Of a stretch of DNA of 64,000 nucleotides, positions 13,227 to 26,300 are shown one piece after another; within the stretch, counting starts at the first letter, position 1; every line of letters starts with the position of its first letter. The notes beneath the pieces were generated by a model. That model was not told where the DNA came from and made no database searches. It saw nothing but the letters and a program-made list of their open reading frames with translations. A program made the translations under genes and the position numbers. The stretch is from Phoronis australis (taxonomy: Eukaryota > Animalia > Phoronida). The stretch spans positions 558,489 to 622,488 of the forward strand of contig NMRA01000164.1 of assembly GCA_002633005.1 (NCBI GenBank), written 5' to 3'.

Positions 13227-16200
13227 ATTTACAGGGTGTAACGGAAGAATGTGGATTTTGAGGTGTCTGAGAAAGCTATGGCAGTGTTGTTTCGTCACGG
13301 ACTGTATCTCATGAACTGCCGAATTAATATTCTTAGTTCACGAGATGTGTGGTCTTGTGCACATTCCGCAACATACTTATTCACTAACAGCACCTTTCAA
13401 GTTAGCCCGTTGCTGAGTGTTGTAATGTGTCGTTAGGTCTTGAATTTTGGAATTGCACTTCCTGAACTATTTACAAAATCACTCACGACACCAAGAATTT
13501 TACTAAAGGAAGAAGTTGAACAGCTTTTCAATGCCAAAGTGTTTTATTTCCTGCTATACAGTAGATACCAAAATGTGACGTATGAATATACTAACCAGAA
13601 GCTTGGATTGGCGCATGAAGTGAGTGGCACAACTGCTGGGAATGTCATAAGAAAATATCGAGAGTTCAGAGTGTGTTGTATGCGTTATATTATAGTATGG
13701 CTAAGAAGCAGAACTCTGGAATGCCATTGTACTCTTTGGAGGCTTAGCCGATGCACATTCCGCAATGCAGTGAGCCAAACTGTACATCTTATCAGATCTG
13801 AGAATTGAACTTGGTCTATGAGTATGACAGGTGAACACCGAAACCATTTCGTCATGAACTGAATCCTGGCCAAGCATTGCTTCATACGCAGCCAAGTCCG
13901 AGTAAGGCAAAATCCAACTCATCTGAAAGGCCAACTGCATGAAATGGAAAAATAATTTTTGTACTGCATCATTTTGTCTGCAGAGCTAAACAGATTTGAA
14001 TTGTGCACATTTTTCTTTTGCTAGTTTTAGCAAGGTTGCGGCTTTCTAATGTTGGAAATACCGGGTAATTGAACATCAACAGACCACATGCATGTATTCT
14101 AGTTTAACAGAAGTGGGACCAAATCTTCATCTCGTTATAGAATCGTGCATGAGATCTGTCACCATGCATGTTGGAAGTCAGCAAGAGGGCTTAAAAAACC
14201 CAGATGTATTCCCACTGTGAAGTACGAGATTTGCACTAAGGAAAGTTGGACAAAAATATGTCTTGCTTCATGTCTTGTTCTTGCAATCTCTTTGTAAAAA
14301 ACTTAGAATAATAAATGACTACATGCCAAAATGAGTTATATTGTAGTATGGGCTAAAGATTGTGGTTAGGTATTGCTCTCCTGTTCTCGTCATTCTGTGT
14401 TGTTGCTCATACCTTATCTCATCAGATATGCAAGGATTTGTCCTGGTCAATGTTAGGTTATGTTATGTGCTTTGTTTGCATAGAATGTCATGCTGCAATT
14501 CATTAACATGTTACTTTCCCCGTTCATCAATGAAGTTCTCAATAAAAAAATCTCATTACATGATAATTGCATACAATAGCATAGTCTCGTTCCAGCTTTC
14601 AGTCTGCTTTGTGTAAGATGACAATAGTTGTGTTCCTGACAAAATCTCCTTCCTGATTTGGAAATTCACATGTGTTGACTAGCCTGATTGGTGTTTGTTT
14701 ACTAAGACCTAACACCAGCCCAGTAGCTGTGGACTGTTAGATTATAAATGTGTTGCTTTTACCCACTGGACATCGTAATGGGCCTTCGTTGCGAAGTTAC
14801 TGGACGTAATCTTCTATGACCGATCATGTGCCACAATATACCGACGCATGTAGTTCTGTTTTTGCTAATAAAAATGTTTTTCAACTTCAAATGTTTTATT
14901 GTCAACACAGTTAAGCAAGAGCATCGTTCACAACAAAATACAATTCTTTAAGTGAGCAACATTAGTGATCAATGAACTTCGGTTCATGAAGAGTGCAATT
15001 ATGTGACGAGTATTCTAAAGTACGCACCTGTAATTTTGTTTCTCCCGTACCTTTTTAAGATGTTGCTTTTACAGACACGATGGCAGCAATTAGTCACAAA
15101 TGTCCATGATAAGATTAAAGGCCCCAAAAAGGTAAGAAACCAACATTCTAATAAACACTTTTTGAGGTCCTAAGCTCCCACAGCACCGTGGCGTTTGTTT
15201 CATAAGTGGCTTAAGACAGAAATTTGGTCTTTTGCTTCCAAAAAAGGTTTCGCAAGTCCATCACAGCTTAGAAATAATTAACAGAAATTATTTAAGTAAC
15301 TACCAGTTACGTGTATATTCTCATAGACTTGGGGTTTTTGGTCCAGTAGGATTTAATTATTTTTCTGACATAAAACCCCTTCGAAAGTCATTTCCTGAAA
15401 CATACCCACAAAAAAAGCACTCCTAAATAAGTGTGTTAATATTTCTCTGGATCAAAAGGCTAACTGCCACAATTGCTAAATTCCAGCACATGCTCTATGT
15501 GGGATGGTTGCTTTGCGTGATGGTAACATTTTGGACAATGATGTCCCTCCTTCTGCACTTGTGAAGTATTTTTTGTGCCCATTAACTGACCATACAATTT
15601 CGTTAAAAGGCACAGAAATCCGACAAAGCTTGACTAGGACAAATTTCACTGTGGATTTACACAAATATGCCTATGATGGTGGAATTCAAAGATGATTTGA
15701 CACGGGGCAAAAATTTGTCCAAGTTAATTTATGAGAATACTCCTCCACTTGAAATGTTACGTTATTGTAATGCAATTTCAACATGCTAGCATGCAAAAAA
15801 ATATATTATTAAGAACATTTAGTGAAACACAATCAAGTTGAACAACAGTTATGCGCAAATAACCATGGGAGCTTAATAATAACATCAATTTATGTTACAG
15901 TGTCTTAAGGGCTTTGTGAAATGCCTGTCATAGTTTCTAAGTTTTATCTTGATTTATGATAGCAATGCTCACACATATATTCATTCATATGTACCAGACA
16001 ATTAAGTCTAGCCAACTTATTAGCTAACTAGATTTGCACAATTTCACTTCCATGGCTTTGTAGTTACAATTGCATGCAGAGCTGAACACCATTTATGTTC
16101 CACTCGGGGATAATTAGGTCAAGCCTAAGTAAAAAATGGAATATATGAAGTTTGTGGTGGGAAATCTTCATATAAAGCAACCGATGAACTTCATTTCACC

Positions 16201-17324
16201 ATATCAAAGAACTAAAACAAAGGGTTCTACCCCATAACGTGAACCAAAACAATGGTTTTCAGTGCTGCATAGGGCTTCAAGAATTATCAATATGACCCGG
16301 CATTGATACAATCCTCTTGATATCATATTTCAATGGTATCTTTTATCAAAACTGTGGACATGGAGATAATTATGTATAAAAGTTAAGCTTACATGATCCA
16401 GTAATCGCGTAATTGGGTTATTTGCCTAAGTGCATCATACTTTCACCCAACTGAGCAAACTCGTATCTTGAGAAAAGATTGCATATTTTGCAATGGTCCC
16501 AAAGCTGGCTGAATGGCAGTTACAAATCCATTTTGAACTTTTGGAAGACATAAGTTCTTAAACATTCTTGGAAATGCTTCATTGTTGGTATTTCACCAGC
16601 GCTGCCTTGCTATCCATACAAACTGATAGTTGAATAACGGCAAGCAGCCTCAGTTGCATGACTTTGCAATAACTTTACCAAAGCAGAGACAAAGCAGCCA
16701 CACTATAAAAACACTATAAAAAAGTTGCGGCAATGCATTCGAGATATAGTTTATTAATAAATTGTTGTTTCATCCAAGGACTTGTGTCCAGGTGACATCA
16801 CCGAAGGAAACAAAAAGTAAAGCTGATGAAATTGCCTAGCTGACAGTGCTCAAAATGCATATCATGGCAGTACCAAAAAAAAAAAAACGCTATTTCCTCA
16901 AAGTAACCCTTATAAGACACAAACTGTATATTACAACAGCAATCATAAAAGCTGGTCACTTAGTGACCCTGATATCACATATACAAAGTGTATACTTTAG
17001 CAGAACATACCAACAGGTACTAGACACTCAGAGTGACTTAGCGGACATGCCAGTTCAGTCTAGGAAGTTGCATTTAATTCCACAAATCAACAATTTGTTA
17101 AGTAAGACATCTGTCCACAAATAACCTACATTAACATCAGTATCACAGAAAACATCTAAGAACAGGAATTGTCTTTCACAAAAGTAAAAAATATAAAGAT
17201 CAAACACTATTAAAGCAGATTTCTTTTCTCATTAAACTTCTGATACAAAATGTACAGAAAAAACCTGTTCGCACACAGCAAGCGCTACATAAAAGAATGA
17301 CAACAAAGGAGTGTATGGAAGCAT

Positions 17325-20300
17325 TCATATCCTTCCAACGTAAGGAATTCCTATCTTCTTCTGAAGTTGTTCGGTGCGCCTATAAAATTCTCGCTCCATG
17401 TCAGACATTTTGTTCAGTTCGTCTGCAAATTCATCAACGCATTCGGGACGTTTTGGATACAGAGAACTTCTTGGTGGACTGGTGGTTTTCTCAGGTGATT
17501 TTTGGTTGGTGACTTTGTCTTTTTTCAGTTTATTTTTAACTTGAGCAGACACCGGGCGAGTGGTTTCATACGCAAGCGGCCTCTGTTGCTTGTGTTCAGA
17601 TGCTGTCACTATAATGAGAATTTGTTCCTGCCTTTAACACTACAAAATCAACACATTTCAGCAGAGTTCATTAAAGGTACGGTAACTCTCCACTTATTTC
17701 ACACAAAAACAATCGCCAAAATGGCAATTTTTACATTTTCCAATGACTGATTAACTTTTTAGCAAACGTTGTTCATGACATCTACATACTGCAAACCATG
17801 TTTGTTCTTTACGTTCACTTATTTGAAGAAATTTAACAAAACAGAATTTCACCTGTTGACCATATTGTGAGCTAAATAAGTGAAGAATTACCGTAACAAG
17901 AATAATTTCATCTGCTTTGATGTTTATTATATCAGTGCTCAACCAATTCAATTTCGCATTTATGCTTAATGAAGACATGATTAGATCGGTGCCTATCTTG
18001 GATGCAAGTTATATAAGATATAAGAAATAAAACTAAAGACATAAAAACCTTCAGTTTCAGTTCTTGGTTATACCTTCCCACATTTATCAATATTAGAAGT
18101 AGCACAAGCTTTGCTTCATCAAGCTCAGTCTCTCAATATACATAGTTCATCGTTATGCGCTATTGTAATGATTTAGAAGATAGGTACACAGGATCCCATT
18201 GTAAAACACAGGGCATACACTGATATTTTCTTAAAGAATTCGCTCCCCTTGCAATAAATTGGATTGAAATGTATTGATGGAATTCTGGGGATGACTCAAA
18301 TATCAGAAATTCTACATGATTGTGAGTTTTGATTCCAGTGGCCCAGGACAGTGTACTTGGGCAAAGGGCAATAAGAATTTAAAGCTAGAGAGAAAACTTC
18401 CGATAAGACAACTCATTAAAAAATTGAATACGCTTGGGAAAACAGAATTACATATCCACTAAGCAGTAAAATATACACCCATCTAATCTATTGTAATCCA
18501 GTCATCTGAATGACAACACAAGAGGGCAGTGCTAGAACCCAATCCAATGTCAATTTTTTTGAACTTGTATCACCTACCAATATAAAACTGGTTTTAACCT
18601 GTTCCTCACAAAATTGAGGTGGTTGCTGGGTTAGGGAAGCGTTGAGACTTTGTTATTCGAGACCAGGCTTAGTTGGCTTCATCCTGTTGGTCATTTAATG
18701 AGCCAAAAGCAAGAGTACTAGTTGGCCATAAAATGACAAGCTCGGTGAAGAGAATTTATTAAGCCTGGTCTCAAAACAAAGGACCATCTGTTCTTTTCAA
18801 GCCCAAGAATATGAACGAAAAATAAACTGCGGCCGACGTGAATAACTCTAAGATCATGAGTTCATTACAGCTTTAATGTTGATACACACGATAGTCAATA
18901 ACATTTATCAATGCACACACAACTTTGAAAATGCACATAGAAGTACCTGCACTCTTTGGCCTTGACCTCAGCTTGTCAGACGTCTGCTGCTGAACAGCAC
19001 TAACAGGACGCTTCTTCTTGCCTTGGATTTTACTTCTGTCGAACACGTCGTCCTGCAAACAACATCGGCAAATAAAAAATAAAAACAATTTTCATGATAA
19101 AATTCATATTTTTGTTTGGTATTGCAATTCTTCACTCACTTATCACACAATATGGCCCACAAGTGAAATTCTATTTTGTCAAATTTCTTCACAAAAATAG
19201 AGATAAAAGAAAATTTTAATCTTTCTACTTAGGTTTTTACTTTTGGTCAATTGTCCATTATTTAAAGTGAAAAAGTGGCGATTTCAGCATTTTTTTATGT
19301 ATATTAATTGGAGAATTGCCATATACCTTTTGTATTATCAGTGGGTGTAATGCACAAAACCGTAACGCTTTAAAGGCAGCAACTGGAGAGTCAATGCCTA
19401 AAGAAACTACAAACTATGTTTTATATATATATAAATTTTAAACTGGCATGGAAATGTGTATCACAAAATTTCTAAGTCTGGTCAGCATGCCACCTGTGGT
19501 CACATCACGTGATCTAATGAATACATTAGGATTTCAAAGACGAGATGCCAATTAATAAGTCTAATTTGATTTCTGTATTGGACCAGTGGTCCCGATGGTT
19601 CAGTGGACTAGAGCGTCAGTACGGTTAACAAAAGGTTCCAGGTTCGAGTCCCGGTTGGGGTAGAAAGCTTTTCAGACTTATATTCAATAGAATACGTGAT
19701 GCGACCATAGGTGGCATGCTGACCAATATTTGCAAAACTATGCTTTGGAGTTTAGTCTTCTTCACAGAAGTAATTTCGAACTGTCAATGGACCATCATTG
19801 ACCTTTTCAAGGAGAGCATAGAATCTATATGTGCTCATTCCAGTGCATAGATTTGTGGGACATGACACATCCAATACACAACACAGAGTCACGCACGCGA
19901 TCGTCTTCTCGGTGGACACGGGGTTGATTTTGGATAGATGCTATTTGTTTACTTGCACCTATGAAATACTCCTAAAGTAAGTGATTTCTACTCATCAGTT
20001 ACCTATTTTTAGTGCTCTTTGTGCTGTTTTGGATGACTGCTATCGGTATCTCACGACCCTTTGTGTGTACGACGTCTTACGCTATCCATAAAAAGATCAA
20101 CCACATTCCTATCCTTTGTTTGAAATGAAATTGATTACAGTGAAATGCCAGGAATTCCCCTCAAAGGCATATGGCTTTAGCGACTGAAACTAACCCCCCC
20201 CCCTACAAACAACTTAATGGGTCTGATATGAAGCAGCAGTAACATGTAAGTTCTTTTCAAGCATAGAAATCATTTTTAATTTTAATACAGAACAAGATGC

Positions 20301-23300
20301 AATCGATTTCAAAAAAGTATTCTAAGTCAAAAGTTGATTTTAGACAGAAGGTGAGGGTTGATTGTCCCTTCCAACCAAATGCCCATTTTGACTACACAAC
20401 ATAGCACAATATTAGAAAACTAAACATTGAGAAGCGTAATGAGAAGTTTACAAATAACAAAAAGGTAGACAACCAAGTGAATACCAGTAACTTGCAAATG
20501 GATGAGTGAATGTCTAGCAAAGTGAGTAAGGCTGACGACCATTGATATTTCATGGTTGGATGGATACAGATGGGGATTTTTTCTCTTTAATTAGTGGCTT
20601 AATGTTTTCATGTAATTTATTAGCCATATTTTGATAGAGTGGAGTCACAGGTGAACTGTAGGTGGTGCTGACTATTGACCCCAGAATACTCCATCACTAT
20701 ACAGCAATAATACATTTCATCATAATGACACTCTTATCAAAAAAGCAACGTGGAGCGTTGAAATGCGCCCACAAATGCATCGCTAACAGTGTGCTTCTGG
20801 GGTTGTTTGTTTCATAAAAAAGCCACTAGATGGCGCAAAAACATCAAATCCATCTAAGAACGGGAAAATGCCATCGCTTCTTTAATAGAAAGCCATTTAC
20901 CAAATTTCATAAATATCAGTCACGGAACTTCAGAGAAGCAAAGGAAAACGGAAAAAATGAAATTGCCACTATGGGGCACAGCGTTCATTGGATCGGACTG
21001 AAAGACGTCGTCAGTGTTAGCTTCATAAAAATACAATTACTAAATTTAATAAAGATCATGCAGTGTGTTAAGGAGATGCAGCTATGGGCGCAAAACAAAG
21101 CAAAACTACCACCTTTTTTCAAAATCATCCTTAGAACGGTTTGGTTGATCGAAGGGTGGACACCAAAAAACAGACTTGAAAACAGGAAAAATGGCCACTA
21201 GGTGTCGCAAAGTACCCTGATTTCATCCGAAAATGGAAGTATAGTGTCATCTCACTAATAGATGCCTATATGCCAAATTTTATGCAAATACGTTGAGGAC
21301 CTTTGAAGATATAGAGGTAAGCGTAAAAAACTAAAATTGCCACTAGGGGGCACACCAGTGGTTGGATCTGTCTGAAAGTTCGCTCATGTCGTCCCATCTA
21401 TGAAAGGAACACATGTGCCAAATTTCATGAACATATGTCCAAGGGTTTTGGAGATAGAGCAGTGGACGCCGGATGGACGCCAGCTGGCCGGACGCCGGAT
21501 GGACGGAGATGATGGCATATTGCGTCCACATATAAATATGTGGGCGCATAAAAATAGCTAATAACATGAAAGCATTAGCCCAAACAGTACAGTTGCTTCT
21601 GCTCTATACCCTGGCTCTTTTTGAAACCTGCGCACGCTACTTAAAGAAAAAAAACACCCACCAGTCTCAATTTCAGCCAAGGCCCCCTGGTCAACACAAA
21701 TACCCGTCCTAGATAAGTAACCCCTCGTCTCAGGTGGATTTTATTTTGAACATGGGCAACTAAAAAAACACTGCGCAGCTGGGTCAACTTTAAGAACAAG
21801 CAAAGACCAGAAACAACTATGCTTTTTTGACCTTACTGCACAAAAATCATAATGAAAATCACTTTTTAGTTTCAGTTACACTGAAGACTTCAACAATATA
21901 GTACACCAGCTTACCTGTGTATACCTCATGGGATCGTCGTATTCTTCCTTCACAGACTGCGTATAGTGATCAAAGTCAGTGTAGTTGGGTATACTGTTAC
22001 TTTTCTTGAGACTACTGTTCGTTATTTTCAGCCTCTGTAAAGGCTGGGTCTAAAAACAGTCAGGGACAAACAGGAGTTCACTTGACAAATGAATGTAGTT
22101 AAGGTTTGGCAAGACCTTATCTACAGGTTTGTGCATTTGGCAGAATACCTCAACCAATACAGAATTCAAGACAGCAAAAGTACACATAGCCTGAAAGTAG
22201 AAAGCTGTCTTGAAAATCTTGATTTTTCAATTTACTTCAATTTGCAATTATTTAGGCCATTTGACCATATCTTTTTAAAAGATATAATCAAGGAATGTTT
22301 ATAGCAAGACATCGGTATCAATAACAAGACCAAATTTAAATTTGATATAAATTTCCAAGATGATATCTCAAAAACTTTCTAAATCATTATTTCATTTTAG
22401 TTTTATAAAAAATCATAGAAGTCCTACTTTTCATAGTCCCCCACGTAAGAGTGGAACCTTAAATTGCTAACAGCGTTTAGGAGAACAGTGGATAAAGTGT
22501 ACTACCTGAAAGTTTAATCTGAATACCATCTGTCATTTCTGAGATGTGCTGTTCTGAAGTTAGCCTAATTTGGACATCAAATTCCCCAATCCAAAAGGAC
22601 CCTATGCTCAAAAACATTAAACCAAGAACTTTTAATAGTAGGTGTAGTGAGCCGTGCATAGGGTAGTGGTAAAGTACAGGTAATCTATTCACAGCTAGAC
22701 TTTTGTAAGAGCTGGCTATGTAAACTGGGCAATTGTGTTCTGGTCACTACAACATAAGATCTAATAAGATAGCGTCAAGCTTGTGCCAGTTAATAATTCA
22801 ACTGCATAAGCCCACTATCACAACCCTGAGGGGGGATGGAATAGGGTCTGTAATGCAGGACATAAACATTGAGAAAAACTCCCCCCTTCCCTCCCCCTCT
22901 CCCTTCTGCTCTCTGTCTTTCTCTTGCAAATTGTAATTTGGACTTGCTGAACATCGGTGACCTTTTTACTGTGGAAAAACATGATCCTTGCCACCCGCAG
23001 GTTGAAAATATAAATGTACATTCTGTGGTTTCATTGGTTGGTTTCATTCTGCTTGTATGACCGATGTCCAACTATTCATTGCAGACATTCCAAAAACGTC
23101 TAGCCATGAGAAGATCAATTGGTGACCTTTATAGCTTAAACTGAACACAACACACACCAGCTCGTCCGTCTCTTGGGCCGGCGCAGGCTTGACTACCAAG
23201 TCTCCCCACGTCATGCTGGACACACCGTCTGATTTATCCTGACCAACCTCACGATACAGGTGTTTGATGGTGACTTTCTTACCACTAGGAGGCCTCTTCT

Positions 23301-26300
23301 TGCCTGAAGTCGGGCGTGACTTTAACTGCAGTTTGGATGATAAAGTGTGTCATGGAAAGCACAATAATGTAAAGCTATCCTCTTTTGATATAGTTGCAGT
23401 GGTAGAATGGTAAAAGAATTTTTTCACTTTTCATTGTCAAAGACTACTAAAATTTGTTTTAAATATATTTTGTTTTTAAAATTGCAACTTAACTTTAATT
23501 TTCACCACATATCTTCATCCACATTGAAAGGAAAATGAGTTGCATTTAAGTATTTCAATATCTATCAAAAAGACCACCTTGGAGCATTATCTGAATCTAA
23601 TGAATCTTATTTAAGGCAAATTTCTAAAAAACACAAAACAAGGAATATTCAAACAATTGGCTTGCATGTCAAAAAATATTCTAAGCCTATCACACGTATA
23701 CTGGTCAACTGCTAAGCAATAGTAAATAGCTTCATGAGTTGACATACAAAACACAATAAAACTATGAATAAATACCACACTATCAAATTATTACCTGTGT
23801 TAGGAATGTCTTATCTTGATCTGACTGGAATGACAACTGCTCATTTAAGAATTCTTGCCTGCAAAAAAAGCCAGCCAATTCTTCAAAGACCAAAAAATGA
23901 TATTTAACCCAACCACACCCAAGGCCCTCATGCCTTTCTGAGTTTGTAGGTTTTCCTGTGAAGGGAAATGTTCCCCCCCACCACCCGCTCACCACCAATA
24001 GCACTTTAGTCCGTACCCCCATTGCTACCCCTCCTTGGCTCAGCCTCAAGTAGCCAAAGCTATGATTTTATGCTCTATCAAATCGTCACCCATGTGAGTC
24101 ACAAGCGATTCTAACCTAAAGGGGAATTTTGTTTTATTTTTAAATATTTTTTCACAGGGGAATGGGGCCCCAGAATCAATGAATTGGGGGTCCGGAGACT
24201 AACCATGCAGCTAAACAAGATTAAGACAGTATCCAGACACATGGAAAGAACAATCCTTACAGCATTCCCAGTTTCCATATTTTGTATCATGTGCATGAAA
24301 AAATGACATGGTTGATTTTCCATGTCTGATAACTGTTCCTTTTCCGCAAAAATACATTGACCAGTCTTAAAATTTAAAAACAGTTTGTTGATCTCTGGTA
24401 TTACGTCCAGTCATAGCCAAGACAATCATACTCGTTATTGAAAACGTGACATTGGGCTTTTTATTCAAAGCTACACATACAGCTGAAAGTAAGTTGACAA
24501 TTTCAGATATTAAGAACTAACGACCCACAACCAAATTGTACATGAACAGGGCGCAAATTAACATAGAGTTACAACCATCTTACCCAAAAATGGACTCATG
24601 AACTGTCAGTAATAATAAAACAGGATCCTAGTCTGTCAATTTGGAGGATCCTTGGAGCATGTTGTTCAGAACAGTAACATAGATACAAGCACTGCCAGTA
24701 GGCTCAATCAACTATAAACTTGAAATGTTCAGTGTTATACCTGGACTGGAAGTAGGCCACCTGTTGCTGCTTGATCTCCTGTTCAAGTTTGTGGTATTCT
24801 AAGTTGAGTAGGCCTAAAGAGAGTCTGGCCCAGTTCTGCAGTGGTCGAGACTGAAAAGAACAACAGCAAGAAGGGTTCATGAAAAAGTGCAATACCTAAA
24901 GAGACAATTCCTTCTGATGTTCTGTCTAAATTGTAAATTGTAAATTCTGCTACTTAAACATAAAAAACGTCTTATATGTTTCCACACGATGAACAAATTG
25001 AATTTCAACATCCCATCATTAAGGGTATCTGCAAATAAAAATAGAGTCAAAAACAGGACATGATATAAAGAAAAATCTTGATTGATAGTGTTCATGGCTG
25101 ACATTGTCTCAACAGTAATGGATATAATAGGATGCAACATTAACATGAGGTTGAATCATGGACATGAAGATTCTGGTGTTGTGCTTAGCCAACCCTTCAA
25201 ATACTTCTTTCACTTCTTGATTGGTCATTTGTAAAATGTCTACAAAGACCTCGGTGTGATCCCTCAACCAATGAAATTAACGACAAAACAAAACTGCCAC
25301 AGAATAACCAGTGCAAAGTTAAAAATATTATTTGAGTGTATTTTTGGAACAATGGGTCAATCATGAAGAAGGCACAGTTTTTAAGTACATGAGCAGGCCC
25401 AAACTGTCACAACTTCAAAATTGTGACAATTTGGATCAATGCAGCAGACAAAAAATATGACAATTTGCAAATTCAAATTGCCTTAATAATTTTGCGCGTG
25501 ATAATGTGGGTCTGTACTATAGTACAGGTCCAAATGTCACAATGTCCCAAATTGTCACAACGTGAGTTGTATCAGTGGAATATTCTCGCTACAGTGATGA
25601 ATGCTTCACCAAAAAGGCGAGCCACAATATAACAAGAGCAATGCTTGGGCGTTGACATCCGCACACAATGCATCACAAACGATATGTTTCATGCAATTAT
25701 TTTTTTTAAATTGGAGAGATTTTACCGCAACTCATTTCATGTAACACAACATGACAAGTAAACATTGTTAACCAATGACTGTACCTTGACCTTTGCCACA
25801 ACTTGTTCTGTTGTTTCATGTTGTAGAATATCTGGGGGAGCAGCACCTGTCAGTTCATAGAGAAAATTTTAGCAGATGGTCATCCACTATTGATCAATGA
25901 GAGGCTGGCCATTAGTTAGTAACAACTAAGAAAGGTTCCTTTGAGTCACCTGAGTAAAGTGAGAACTGAATGCAGCTCATTTGAGGGACAAGCATCCCAA
26001 GATACACTGATGTTTTTACTATGTTGTTACTCTAGAGGCACCATACAAATTTGAAGGACCCCATTTCATGGGAAATACTCTATGAGGGTTTACAGAGTAG
26101 ATGCTTTGACATGTATCACACCACACGGCATTATGAGAACACAATTCCGAAAATTCCTGCCTCAGCTGGGAATGACATCTGCATGAGAGAAGGTAACGTG
26201 TTTGCGCCAGGCTTGATTTTGATTTGTTGCACTTTGAACAGTATGTATGGCATTTATACAGGTGTGTGGGGTAGCTCAACGTGCATGGAATGATAGAACA

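Noticed and set aside
19589-19661. Functional tRNA gene (apparent anticodon GGT)
   Set aside because: Anticodon stem is mispaired, the acceptor stem relies on several G-U pairs, and it lies inside a TIR element.
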